Assembly: GCA_963796455.1 (NCBI GenBank)
Contig: CAWCLO010000003.1
Coordinates: 288,001-352,000, forward strand
From: Candidatus Sulfomarinibacteraceae bacterium
GTDB taxonomy: Bacteria > Acidobacteriota > Thermoanaerobaculia > Thermoanaerobaculales > Sulfomarinibacteraceae
Direction of reading: 5' to 3'
DNA length: 64,000 bases
Below the pieces are notes generated by a model. That model did no database searches. It had not been told where the DNA came from and worked only from the letters and a program-made list of their open reading frames with translations. A program made the translations under genes and the position numbers. This document shows, in pieces, positions 47,778 through 57,438 of the stretch (positions are counted from its first letter, which is position 1; every line of letters starts with the position of its first letter).

Positions 47778-48536
47778 TCAGTACCACTCCAAAACCCGCA
47801 CCTCGATCTCGGAATCGACCGACACAAGGCGTTTGAACTCATCGAGATCGCTCATCCCGCCTTTGCCGCGATAGTGGTAGGGGAAGACAACCTTTGGTTT
47901 GAAATCGAGCACCGCGTCGGCGGCGGGGCCGACATCCATGGTGTAAGGGAGGTTCATGCAGACAAAGGCGGCATCGATGTCTTCGAGGGCCCGCATCTCC
48001 GGGATGTCCTCGGTGTCACCGGCAATGTAGATCCGCGCGCCATCAATCGTCAGCACATACCCGTTGCCCCGGCCTTTGGGGTGGAATCCCTGTTTTTCGG
48101 GATCGAGGTTGTACATAGGAACGGCTTCAATGATCACACCATGCCAGTCGAGAGACTCGCCATTGGCCATAGACGCTAGAACTTCACGATCTCCGGCCGG
48201 AAAACGCTCCACTACCGCCGGCGGCGCGATGATCTTTGTTCCAGCAGCGGTCAACGCGGCTACGGTCTCGAGCGACAGGTGATCACCGTGGATATCGGTG
48301 ATCAGGATCAGATCGACCGTTTGGATCGGCGCAAAGGCCTCCGCTCCACCCACCGGATCGACTGCCACCCGTTGCCCAGCCCACTCGAGGACAAAGGTCG
48401 CGTGCTCGATCGGGCGGATCGTTACCACTCCTCCGTCGGTCGCGATCTGGTTGTCTGCGGCCACCGCGTCCAGCACCTGCAGCGACAGAACCGTACACAT
48501 CAAAAGGCCAACGATCGACGGAGTTTTCTTTGTCAC
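47778..48536 (-). CDS. MBL-fold metallo-hydrolase
   Basis: ITDIHGDHL, YIAGDTED, MNLPYTM, FPYHY. Confidence 0.9.
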   Translation of the reverse strand: MTKKTPSIVGLLMCTVLSLQVLDAVAADNQIATDGGVVTIRPIEHATFVLEWAGQRVAVDPVGGAEAFAPIQTVDLILITDIHGDHLSLETVAALTAAGTKIIAPPAVVERFPAGDREVLASMANGESLDWHGVIIEAVPMYNLDPEKQGFHPKGRGNGYVLTIDGARIYIAGDTEDIPEMRALEDIDAAFVCMNLPYTMDVGPAADAVLDFKPKVVFPYHYRGKGGMSDLDEFKRLVSVDSEIEVRVLEWY

Positions 48537-48674
48537 TTTGCTCTCTCCTTTGAGAATGCGAGGATACCGTAAACGCCCTTCGAAGGAGTTCGCTTTTGCG
48601 GTCGTTTCCTGAGATCATGGACTCGCTGGTTGCGATATCCTCGCGAGTGGTCCAAAACATTGAGAGGTAGGGTC

Positions 48675-49112
48675 ATGGACGATCGAAATCTCCTCGGCGA
48701 TGCGCCGATCGGTAAACTCAGCGGCCACAAGATCCTCGTCGTCGACGACGATGAGGAAATCAGGGTCTTTTTGACGACCCTCCTCTCGGACGAGGGCGCG
48801 GCGGTCTTCGAAGCCGCCGACGGCGATGAGGCGATCGAGAAGGCCGCAAGCACCAAGCCCGATCTGATCACCCTCGATCTTTCGATGCCCGGTAAAAACG
48901 GGATCGAAGCCTTTACCGAATTACGACAGAATTCCGATACCGAGGAGATCGCGATCTGTGTCATCACCGGCCATCCCGAGTTCCGCTCCGTCATCTACGA
49001 TCGACCGGTCGCCGCCCCTGAAGGCTTCATCAACAAGCCCTGTGATCCCGACCACGTGGTGGATACCCTTCGCCGCATCCTCCGAATGAAAAAGCGCAAA
49101 CAGAGGGGCTGA
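48675..49112 (+). CDS. Single-domain response regulator
   Basis: ILVVDDD, ITLDLSMPGKNG, FINKP. Confidence 0.9.
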   Translation: MDDRNLLGDAPIGKLSGHKILVVDDDEEIRVFLTTLLSDEGAAVFEAADGDEAIEKAASTKPDLITLDLSMPGKNGIEAFTELRQNSDTEEIAICVITGHPEFRSVIYDRPVAAPEGFINKPCDPDHVVDTLRRILRMKKRKQRG

Positions 49113-49121
49113 GTCTCCGCG

Positions 49122-50675
49122 TCATTGCCACCGGTAGCCGACGATGAGACCGTTGAACTCGAGATCAAAATCGTTGTGGAGGTCGCTCGAATCAAAGATC
49201 CACTCCACCCGGCGATGGACCAGGGCGAGATCCCAACTGGTGGCAAATCGCCAGCGAAAACCGAGCGCCCAATCAAAATAACGTTTCGATGAGATTGGCG
49301 ATCCGTCGGCCTCGGCATAAAACACCATGCTCGAGGACGGCCTCACACCGAAGTGGACATGAAGCACCGGGGCCACCCGCAGGCCTTCGGCCCGAGAGCT
49401 TTTTCCGGGCGTACCGGCAGAGTCCTCCTGGACCGTGATTTCAAGGCGTTCGGCAAGCAGATCGACCCCGGCGCCCGCCTTGAGAGATAGTGCTCGGGTC
49501 TCGAGCAATCGATAACGCCACCGGGTTCTCCAGTCATAACCCACGAACTGGGTATCAAGGACCTCGCTGGGCTCAAAGGTCGCACCGGCGAAGTCGGTTT
49601 CGACCTGGAATTGTTCCTCCTCACGGACCTCGAAGGGAGCCAGACGGGTTGATATTTCGTGGCGGTCGCCGATTCGCCGATCGATTTCGAGGTTTGCAGT
49701 CACGGCCGGGTTATTGCGCTCGCGGAAGCGAAAATCGATTTCGTCTCCAGCTTCGTCGGGCGCCACGACCTGGTTTTGGAGCACCGTCGATCGGCCGACC
49801 TCCCAGACGTACCGCCACCGCCACGGATCACTGGATTCCTGTGGCCGGGGCTCCGTAGTGGATGAACTGCCGGTTATCTTCAGCGACAGACCCAGTCCAC
49901 GATCCACCAGCATCGGGTTCAGTGTCACCCGATCTTCGATCGGCGAGACAAAGGTCCAGCCGCTGATCAGGGCGATGCTCATCCCCGAGATCACATCGTC
50001 GAGATAGTGGCGCTCGGCACTGACCCTGCTGAGCCCGGTGAAGCTTGCCAGAACATAGGCCGGCACGCCCCACCGCGGACCATAACGCCGATGGAGGAAG
50101 GAGGCACCCGAAAAGGCCGCCTGGGTGTGGGCCGAGGGGAAAGAGTCAAAGTCGGCGGCCGATGGCGTCCGTTTTTCAACCCCGTACTTGAGGCCATAGG
50201 TTGCGGCGGTGCCAACACCGAACTGGATGCCGTACTGCATAGCCCCAGGACCGTCGCCGGCGATCCAGGTCGCGCCCAGGGCCGAGCCCGGCAACAGGTA
50301 TTGCAGGAGATCGCCGAGTTTTTCCTCGTCGTCCGCCGATCCCGTATTGAGGATCACGACGCCGCCGGCCGCAAAGACCCCTGTCAGAATCCAGCTCGTC
50401 GTCGTCATCCCGCCCACCACCCGCCGCCGCCGTTTTTCCAATCCGGTAGCGGGAGGTTCTGCAGCCGGAGCAGGGGCTTGTTGAAGATCCAACATTACCG
50501 GGGCGGCAGTCGGCCGAATCGGAATCAGGACGGTTGATTCGAGCCCGAGAGAAAAGCCGGGCTCAACCGGTTCTCCATCATCCCCATCGGCTCCGCCGGC
50601 CATCGCGACGAGCGTGAGCGCCGCGACAATCCCCACGCGAAACCACCATCGGGCCGAAAGAGGCGATCGATCCAC
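49122..50675 (-). CDS. PAP2 phosphatase domain fused to putative outer-membrane beta-barrel
   Basis: SFPSAH and SRVSAERHYLDD PAP2 motifs; C-terminal amphipathic strands ending GLIVGYRWQ. Confidence 0.72.
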   Translation of the reverse strand: MDRSPLSARWWFRVGIVAALTLVAMAGGADGDDGEPVEPGFSLGLESTVLIPIRPTAAPVMLDLQQAPAPAAEPPATGLEKRRRRVVGGMTTTSWILTGVFAAGGVVILNTGSADDEEKLGDLLQYLLPGSALGATWIAGDGPGAMQYGIQFGVGTAATYGLKYGVEKRTPSAADFDSFPSAHTQAAFSGASFLHRRYGPRWGVPAYVLASFTGLSRVSAERHYLDDVISGMSIALISGWTFVSPIEDRVTLNPMLVDRGLGLSLKITGSSSTTEPRPQESSDPWRWRYVWEVGRSTVLQNQVVAPDEAGDEIDFRFRERNNPAVTANLEIDRRIGDRHEISTRLAPFEVREEEQFQVETDFAGATFEPSEVLDTQFVGYDWRTRWRYRLLETRALSLKAGAGVDLLAERLEITVQEDSAGTPGKSSRAEGLRVAPVLHVHFGVRPSSSMVFYAEADGSPISSKRYFDWALGFRWRFATSWDLALVHRRVEWIFDSSDLHNDFDLEFNGLIVGYRWQ

Positions 50676-50711
50676 TCATACCAGCCTACCGCCGCCCAGG
50701 TGGACTGCAAA

Positions 50712-51506
50712 TCAGGGCGCGATCTTTTGCGAATAGATGAGGTCGAAGGAGGCCTCGCTGTCGGCCGGGTTGTGTATCTCGAAGACGACCCCTGCAGGCA
50801 GGAACGACATCTCTCCGGCTCGCACGATCACCGGTTCACGGTCACGAGCCCGAACGACGACCCGGCCGGTACGACCGATGACCATCCACCGGTTGCCACC
50901 CGTGCTCGGTCGCGGGATGACTTCACCCGGCGCGATCCGTCTGCGGTCGATTCCAAAGCCCCCGGTCTCGAATCCCATCATCTCGAGATCCGTCTTTTCC
51001 GGCGAGGCCGTCCGGATTTTTGCCGGCGCGGGCGGCGCCGTACGGGAGCCCCCGATTTCGGCGCCCAAGACATCCATGCGAAGAGCCAGTGAATAGTCGG
51101 GCACCGCGACTCCGGGTCGAAAGGAATGATGCTGCCAGTGATCGACCCGCGCGTGGGGAAAGACCTTCTGATAGAAACGGCCCTCGATCACGATACCCCG
51201 GCCCGCACAATCGAGGGGGAAGGTGTGGGCGAGACCGGGGAAATTGACCACGATGCCCTCTCCCCCGCCATCCGTCGGCACCACCTCGACAAAACACCCT
51301 TCGTGGGTACAGACCGACGCGATCCGACCTTCGATTCGCAGGTGGCGATCATGGAACGAGTCAGGATCGTCGAGAATCGCCTGAATCGGGGTCGCATCGA
51401 GATCCTGGAGCGGCTCGCCAAGCCGCAGCCATGCCTCTCCCGCAGCCACCGAAAAGCCGTAAATCAGCACCAACGTCGCAATGAGAAATCCGTGCGTTTT
51501 CCCCAT
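50712..51506 (-). CDS. Secreted protein, DUF4920/OB-fold-like N-terminus plus cupin-like C-terminus
   Basis: IEGRIASVCTHEGCFVEV; GEMSFLPAGVVFEIHN. Confidence 0.6.
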   Translation of the reverse strand: MGKTHGFLIATLVLIYGFSVAAGEAWLRLGEPLQDLDATPIQAILDDPDSFHDRHLRIEGRIASVCTHEGCFVEVVPTDGGGEGIVVNFPGLAHTFPLDCAGRGIVIEGRFYQKVFPHARVDHWQHHSFRPGVAVPDYSLALRMDVLGAEIGGSRTAPPAPAKIRTASPEKTDLEMMGFETGGFGIDRRRIAPGEVIPRPSTGGNRWMVIGRTGRVVVRARDREPVIVRAGEMSFLPAGVVFEIHNPADSEASFDLIYSQKIAP

Positions 51507-51622
51507 GAACCATTCCCCCAATCCTGCCGATTCCAGGACAAGATTATAGGGGGGCCGCAGCAATTTTGCGGGCGTAAAAACCTACTTTGTCGCGATACCG
51601 CAATGCTCGATGAAGTTTGAGC

Positions 51623-53017
51623 TCACTGCAGGTATCCAAGCGCCCGGAGTCGTTCCCGCGCAGCATCCGAAACCCGAAGAGCTTCTTCCGCATCAACTCC
51701 CTGCTCGAAGCGGAGACGCCAACGACCGAGCGCCTCTTCGAGATCGGCCACCGCTGCATCACCCTGGCGGAAGAGGTCGTTCTGTTCCAGGGGGTCGTTC
51801 TCGAGGTCGTAGAGTTGCCGCCCATCCGTGGAGAGCTCGGATATGAGCTTGAATCGACCATCATCAACACTTCGCAGATCGTCCTGGAGGCTGAAGACAA
51901 AATCGTGCACCGCCTGATTCTGCTCGATGAGGGACCGGAGCGATCTGCCTTCAAGGCCGATATCTGAATAGTCGATCCCCAGGTAATCCAGAATCGTCGG
52001 TACGATATCGACGTTTTCGACCATCGCCGCGACCGGCCCATCGTTCACCACCCCGGGGATGCTCATCACCAGCGGGGTCTTCGTCGTCGCATCAAAAAGA
52101 GAATGACAGTGTTTGACGTGCCCATGCTCCTGGAGGAAATCCTCACCATGATCCGATGCGAGGACGATGATGGTGTTCTCCATGAGGTGACGGCGGCGAA
52201 GAGCACCAAGCAGCGCGCCGAACTCGGAGTCAAAAAATGAGATCTCCTCGTCGTAGAGATCCACCAGGTGATCGAGATCTGCATCGTTCAAAGGTAGCGG
52301 CGGCCCGCTGCGGTAGACCATCAGCTCCATCGGGTTCGGATTTCCCGCCTGGATAAAGCCAGGGCCCTGATTCTCCCCCGCCCACCGGCGTTTGAAATGC
52401 CGTGGCGGCCGGTAGGGATCGTGCGGATCGAAGTAATGCAGATAGGCCAGAAAAGGCTGTCGAACCCGCGACAGGTACTCGAGGGCCTGTCGGTTGACAC
52501 AGTCCGCCGATCCCCGCATGCACTGCTCATCGAAGAAATCGAAGCCGCGCCCGAAGTCGCCGTGGGGCTCGCTCTCGGTCGCCGGTCGGCGCATGATCGG
52601 ACTGGCCGTCACCGCAAAGGTCGCCATCCCGTTGGCGGCGGCGATTTCCGCAAGCGACAAGGTGTGTTCGGGAATGCCCATCTCCCCGTTCGGCTGATTC
52701 AAAAAGCGATAGGGATAGGTGGAGGTCAAGAGCGAGTTGACCGAAGGAAAGGTGCACGAAGCCTGGCTCCGAACCCTCGAAAACAGCAGATTGTCGTCCG
52801 CAAAACGATCAAGATTGGGGCTGGTGTCCCTCGAATAGCCATAGCAGCCGAGATGATCGGCGCGCAGGGTATCGACGACCACTACAATGACGTTGCGAAT
52901 CTCCGGCTCAGCCGACGGCTCCGACCTGCAGCCGACGAGGATCCCCATAGCGGCCGTCGCGACGATCAACCATTCGAACCCGTATTTTTTCAAGCCAATC
53001 ACATCCACTCCCGGCAT
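51623..53017 (-). CDS. Sulfatase-like hydrolase/transferase (alkaline phosphatase superfamily)
   Basis: NVIVVVVDTLRADHLGCYGY, HYFDPHDPY, YDEEI..D, SDHGE, LYDLENDPLEQ, LRALGYL; start uncertain. Confidence 0.88.
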   Translation of the reverse strand: MPGVDVIGLKKYGFEWLIVATAAMGILVGCRSEPSAEPEIRNVIVVVVDTLRADHLGCYGYSRDTSPNLDRFADDNLLFSRVRSQASCTFPSVNSLLTSTYPYRFLNQPNGEMGIPEHTLSLAEIAAANGMATFAVTASPIMRRPATESEPHGDFGRGFDFFDEQCMRGSADCVNRQALEYLSRVRQPFLAYLHYFDPHDPYRPPRHFKRRWAGENQGPGFIQAGNPNPMELMVYRSGPPLPLNDADLDHLVDLYDEEISFFDSEFGALLGALRRRHLMENTIIVLASDHGEDFLQEHGHVKHCHSLFDATTKTPLVMSIPGVVNDGPVAAMVENVDIVPTILDYLGIDYSDIGLEGRSLRSLIEQNQAVHDFVFSLQDDLRSVDDGRFKLISELSTDGRQLYDLENDPLEQNDLFRQGDAAVADLEEALGRWRLRFEQGVDAEEALRVSDAARERLRALGYLQ

Positions 53018-53126
53018 CGAGAAACTGCATCCACTTTCGATTGTAACGGTGAGCTCTCGGCGATCACGCCAACGGGAGCAGACGCGCCTTGACTCGGAGC
53101 GACCGGATTGAGGAGAATGCCGGGTC

Positions 53127-54272
53127 ATGATCAATACCAATTCTCATTTCGCTCGCCGAGGTGTTCTTCTACCTCTCGTCGTTGTCGTCGGACTGACCGT
53201 TGGATGTGGGAAACCGCCTGCTACGCCAGCCCCTACAGCCCCCGAAGTCGTCGTCTCGACGGCGACCCAGCGCGATGTCACCATCGTCCACGAGTTCGTC
53301 GGGACCACCCAGGCCCGCGAATCGGTGGAGATCCGCGCCCGGGTCCAGGGCTTTCTCGAAGAAATCAACTTCGAACCCAGCTCCTACGTGCGCCGGGGCC
53401 AAAAGCTCTTTCTCATCGAGCCCGGGCCCTACAAGGCACGGCTCGAGCAGGCCGAGGCGAACATGAAATCAGCCGAGGCCGGTCTGCAACGAACCGAGTC
53501 CGACCTCGACCGGCTCGAACTGGCGGTCCAGACCAACGCGGTGAGCGAGCAGGAGGTCACCCGTGCCCGGGCCGAGCGCGATCAGGCATCAGCCGGGCTG
53601 CTCCAGACGCAGGCAGCGCTGACCAACGCCCAGATCGACCTCAGTTATACGACGATCGAATCGCCGCTGAACGGTCTCGTGAGCCGCAACTTCGTCGACC
53701 TCGGCAACCTGGTCGGTGGCAGTGAGGCGACCCTTCTCGCAACAGTGCGACGGATTGACCCGATCTTTGCGTATTTCGAGGTCTCCGAGAGGTTTATGGC
53801 AAAGACTCTCGAACAACGGGGTGGTCACGGTGATCCGGGTAAGGGTGAAGATCTCCCTGCCACCCTGCTCCTCAAGGAGACCGGGTTGGCTATCGAAGGC
53901 AAGGTCGATGCGGTGGACAACACCGTCGATGCGGCCACCGGCACGATTCAACTGCGCGCGATTTTTCCCAACCCCGACAACAAGATCTTTCCGGGTTTCT
54001 TCTGTCACGTGCAACTGCCGGGTGAAGAACTCCCGAACGCCGTGCTGGTCCAGGAGACCGCGCTCGGCACCGACCTGGGCGGCCGCTACGTCATGGTGGT
54101 TGGCGATGGCAATGTGGTCGAGAGGCGGTATATCGAGCCCGGCCCCCTCCAGGAAGACAACACCCGCGTGATCCTCTCTGGTCTCGAGCCCGGCGAGCGC
54201 TATATCTCGGAAGGTCTGCAGCGTGCACGACCGGGGATGCCTGTGACACCAAAAGAAGCAGCAGGGCAGTAG
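53127..54272 (+). CDS. RND efflux periplasmic adaptor (MFP)
   Basis: Lipobox-like TVGC; EIRARVQG, LSYTTIESP..G, VDAATGT. Confidence 0.93.
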   Translation: MINTNSHFARRGVLLPLVVVVGLTVGCGKPPATPAPTAPEVVVSTATQRDVTIVHEFVGTTQARESVEIRARVQGFLEEINFEPSSYVRRGQKLFLIEPGPYKARLEQAEANMKSAEAGLQRTESDLDRLELAVQTNAVSEQEVTRARAERDQASAGLLQTQAALTNAQIDLSYTTIESPLNGLVSRNFVDLGNLVGGSEATLLATVRRIDPIFAYFEVSERFMAKTLEQRGGHGDPGKGEDLPATLLLKETGLAIEGKVDAVDNTVDAATGTIQLRAIFPNPDNKIFPGFFCHVQLPGEELPNAVLVQETALGTDLGGRYVMVVGDGNVVERRYIEPGPLQEDNTRVILSGLEPGERYISEGLQRARPGMPVTPKEAAGQ

Positions 54273-54275
54273 GCC

Positions 54276-57200
54276 ATGTTCAGCCGCTTTTTTATCTACC
54301 GTCCGATCTTTGCATCGGTCATTGCGATCGTCATCGTGCTTGTGGGCGGGCTTTCAATCCCGCTCCTGCCGATCGAAAGCATGCCCGCCATCACGCCGCC
54401 GTCGGTGCAGGTTTCGACCTCCTACCCCGGTGCCGGAGCCGGCGTGGTGGCGGAGAGCGTGACCGCCCCGATGGAAGAGAAGATCAATGGCGTCGAGAAC
54501 ATGCTCTACATGTCGTCGAAATCGGCCTCCGACGGTTCCTGCAACATCACCATCACCTTCGAGGTCGGCACGGATGTGGACATGGCCACTGTCCTGGTCC
54601 AGAACCGGGTCAACGAGGCCACGCCCGTGCTCCCCGAGGAAGTTAAACGCCAGGGCGTCAAGGTCGAAAAACAGTCGACCAACATCACCCTCATGATCAA
54701 CATGTTGTCGCCCGACGGCACCTTTGACGACCTCTATATCTCCAACTACACCACCACCCGAATCAAGGACGTGCTGGCGCGAATCAACGGCGTTTCCAAG
54801 GTCGAGGTCTTCGGCGCCAAGGACTTCGGAATGCGGGTGTGGATCAACCCCGACCGGCTGCGCGCGCGCGGCCTCACGACCATGGATCTCACCAACGCCC
54901 TGCGTGAACAAAACGTTCAGGTGGCCGCGGGACAGATCGGCGGCCAGCCGGCGCCAAAAGATCAGCCCTTCGAGTACTCGATCTCCACCCTCGGCCGGCT
55001 GCAGACCGTGGAACAGTTCGAAAATATCATCGTCAAACGCGGTGAGCAGGGGCAGCTCGTGCGGGTTCGCGACGTGGCCCGCGTCGAACTCGGCGCCCAG
55101 AGCTACAAGTGGTTCGCAAAATTGGACGGAGCGCCGTCGATCGCAGTTGCGGTCTACCCTGCACCCGGAGCCAACGCCCTCAACGTGGCCGAAGGCATCA
55201 AGGCCGAAATGGACCGACTCCGGAAAGACTTCCCCGAGGGCCTCGAGGCCCGCATCCTCTACGACACCACCGAGTACATTCTGCAATCGCTCAAAGAGGT
55301 CGTGACCACTCTGATCATCGCCATCCTGCTGGTGATCTTCACGGTCTACATCTTCCTCCAGGACTTCCGCACCACACTGGTCCCGGCGGTCACCATACCG
55401 GTTTCCCTGCTCGGCACCTTTGCGGTCATGCTCGCCCTCGGTCTGTCCATCAACGGGCTCACCATGTTCGGGTTGATTCTGGTGATCGGCATCGTCGTCG
55501 ACGACGCCATCGTGGTGGTGGAAAACACCATGCGCATCATCGACACCGAGGGCCTCGATGCGAAGGCAGCCACCGCGAAATCGATGCTCGAGATCACCGG
55601 TCCGGTGGTCGCGACGACCCTGGTGCTGTTGGCGGTCTTTGTCCCCACCATCGTCATGCCAGGTATCACCGGCCGGCTTTACCGGCCGTTCGCGATTACC
55701 ATCTCGGTGGCGACTCTCTTTTCATCGCTCAACGCGCTGACTCTCAGCCCGGCGCTGTGTGGCATGCTCCTGCGGCCCTCGGTGGAACGCAAAAAGGGGT
55801 TCTTCGGGCTCTTCAACCGGATATTGGACACGGGCACCACCCGCTACGGATCAATCGTCAAATTGCTGCTCCGCCGCTCGGTCTTCACAGCAATCATCGT
55901 CGGTGGGCTCCTGGTGGCCACGTACTTCGGAATGATCGCCATGCCCGCCGGTTTCGTCCCCTCCGAGGACGAAGGCTACTTCATGGTTGCGGCACAGCTT
56001 CCCGACGCGACCTCCCTCGGGCGAACCGAAGAAGTCCTCGACGAGATCTCAGCCATCCTCGATGAGACCGAAGGCATCCGCGGCGTCATCGCGGTCGGTG
56101 GCTATTCATTGCTCGATACGGTCGTGTCGCCAAACGCGGGCGCCTTCTGGGTAGTGCTCGATCACTGGGACGAACGATCCACTCCGGAGACCCAGATCCA
56201 GGCCATGGTCGATAGCCTGAACCGCCGTTTCTCTCAGGTTCAGGGAGCGGTGGTCTTCGCCACCCGGCCGCCACCGATCCAAGGCCTGGGTGCCACCGGC
56301 GGATTCCAGATGGAGCTTCAGGATGTCGGCGGATCCGGCCTCGAGCTCTTGCAGCAGGTAGCCAATGACCTCGTGGAGCAGGGTCGTGAGAGCCCGGTTC
56401 TCACGAGCATGAACACGACTTTCCGGGCCGGCGTGCCGCAGCTCTTCCTCGAGGTCGACCGCGAAAAGGCCAAGCGTCTCGACGTGCCCCTTTCGGTCAT
56501 CTTCGACACGCTCCAGGCCAACCTCGGATCGGCCTATGTCAACGACTTCAATATTTTCGGCCGGGTCTGGAAGGTCATGATTCAGGCCGACGAGCCCTAC
56601 CGGATCGAACGAGCCGACATCACCAAACTCCAGGTTCGCTCCAACTCGGGCAGAATGGTCCCGTTGGCGACCCTGGTCGACGTTCAGGACACCGTCGGCC
56701 CAACAGTTCAAGCCCGCTACAACCTCTACTCCTCGGCATCGATCACCGGAGATGCCGCCGCCGGCTTCAGCTCCGGTCAGTCGATCGCGACGATGGAGGA
56801 GATCGCCCGCAATTCGATGCCGCCCTCGATGAGCTTCGAGTGGACCGGGGTGACCTACCAGCAACTCGCCGCCGGTGGCGCTGCCGGGTTCATCTTTGCG
56901 CTGGCCATCGTTTTTGTTTATCTCTTCCTGGCCGCCCAGTACGAAAGTTGGACCCTGCCCTTCGGCATCATCTTTTCGGTTCCCATCGCGATCCTGGGTG
57001 CGTCCATCCTGACCCTGGCTCGAGGTCTCGACAACAACGTCTACACCCAGATCGGATTCGTTCTGCTGATCGGTCTCTCGGCCAAGAACGCGATCCTCAT
57101 CGTCGAGTTTGCCAACCAACTTCGGCAGAGTGGGAAAACCGCCTTCGAAGCGGCTCGGGAAGCTTCAAGGCTCCGATTCCGGCCGATTCTCATGACCGCA

Positions 57201-57428
57201 TTGAGCTTCATCCTCGGCGTTCTGCCATTGCTCTTCGCCACAGGTGCCGGGGCTGCTAGCCGCGTCGCTCTCGGGACCGCGGTTTTTGGCGGGATGGCCT
57301 TTGCGACAGTCTTCGGCATCTTTGTCATTCCATGGCTCTACTTCGTGGTTCAGAGCCTGAGTGAAAAAATCGCCGGCACCAAGACACCCACAGATCCGGA
57401 ACCGGCAGCCGCCGCCACCGAGAGCTGA
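54276..57428 (+). CDS. RND efflux permease (AcrB/HAE1 family)
   Basis: FFIYRPIFA, IGIVVDDAIVVVEN, AKNAILIVEFA, RFRPILMT. Confidence 0.96.
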   Translation: MFSRFFIYRPIFASVIAIVIVLVGGLSIPLLPIESMPAITPPSVQVSTSYPGAGAGVVAESVTAPMEEKINGVENMLYMSSKSASDGSCNITITFEVGTDVDMATVLVQNRVNEATPVLPEEVKRQGVKVEKQSTNITLMINMLSPDGTFDDLYISNYTTTRIKDVLARINGVSKVEVFGAKDFGMRVWINPDRLRARGLTTMDLTNALREQNVQVAAGQIGGQPAPKDQPFEYSISTLGRLQTVEQFENIIVKRGEQGQLVRVRDVARVELGAQSYKWFAKLDGAPSIAVAVYPAPGANALNVAEGIKAEMDRLRKDFPEGLEARILYDTTEYILQSLKEVVTTLIIAILLVIFTVYIFLQDFRTTLVPAVTIPVSLLGTFAVMLALGLSINGLTMFGLILVIGIVVDDAIVVVENTMRIIDTEGLDAKAATAKSMLEITGPVVATTLVLLAVFVPTIVMPGITGRLYRPFAITISVATLFSSLNALTLSPALCGMLLRPSVERKKGFFGLFNRILDTGTTRYGSIVKLLLRRSVFTAIIVGGLLVATYFGMIAMPAGFVPSEDEGYFMVAAQLPDATSLGRTEEVLDEISAILDETEGIRGVIAVGGYSLLDTVVSPNAGAFWVVLDHWDERSTPETQIQAMVDSLNRRFSQVQGAVVFATRPPPIQGLGATGGFQMELQDVGGSGLELLQQVANDLVEQGRESPVLTSMNTTFRAGVPQLFLEVDREKAKRLDVPLSVIFDTLQANLGSAYVNDFNIFGRVWKVMIQADEPYRIERADITKLQVRSNSGRMVPLATLVDVQDTVGPTVQARYNLYSSASITGDAAAGFSSGQSIATMEEIARNSMPPSMSFEWTGVTYQQLAAGGAAGFIFALAIVFVYLFLAAQYESWTLPFGIIFSVPIAILGASILTLARGLDNNVYTQIGFVLLIGLSAKNAILIVEFANQLRQSGKTAFEAAREASRLRFRPILMTALSFILGVLPLLFATGAGAASRVALGTAVFGGMAFATVFGIFVIPWLYFVVQSLSEKIAGTKTPTDPEPAAAATES

Positions 57429-57438
57429 GGAACGAGCT

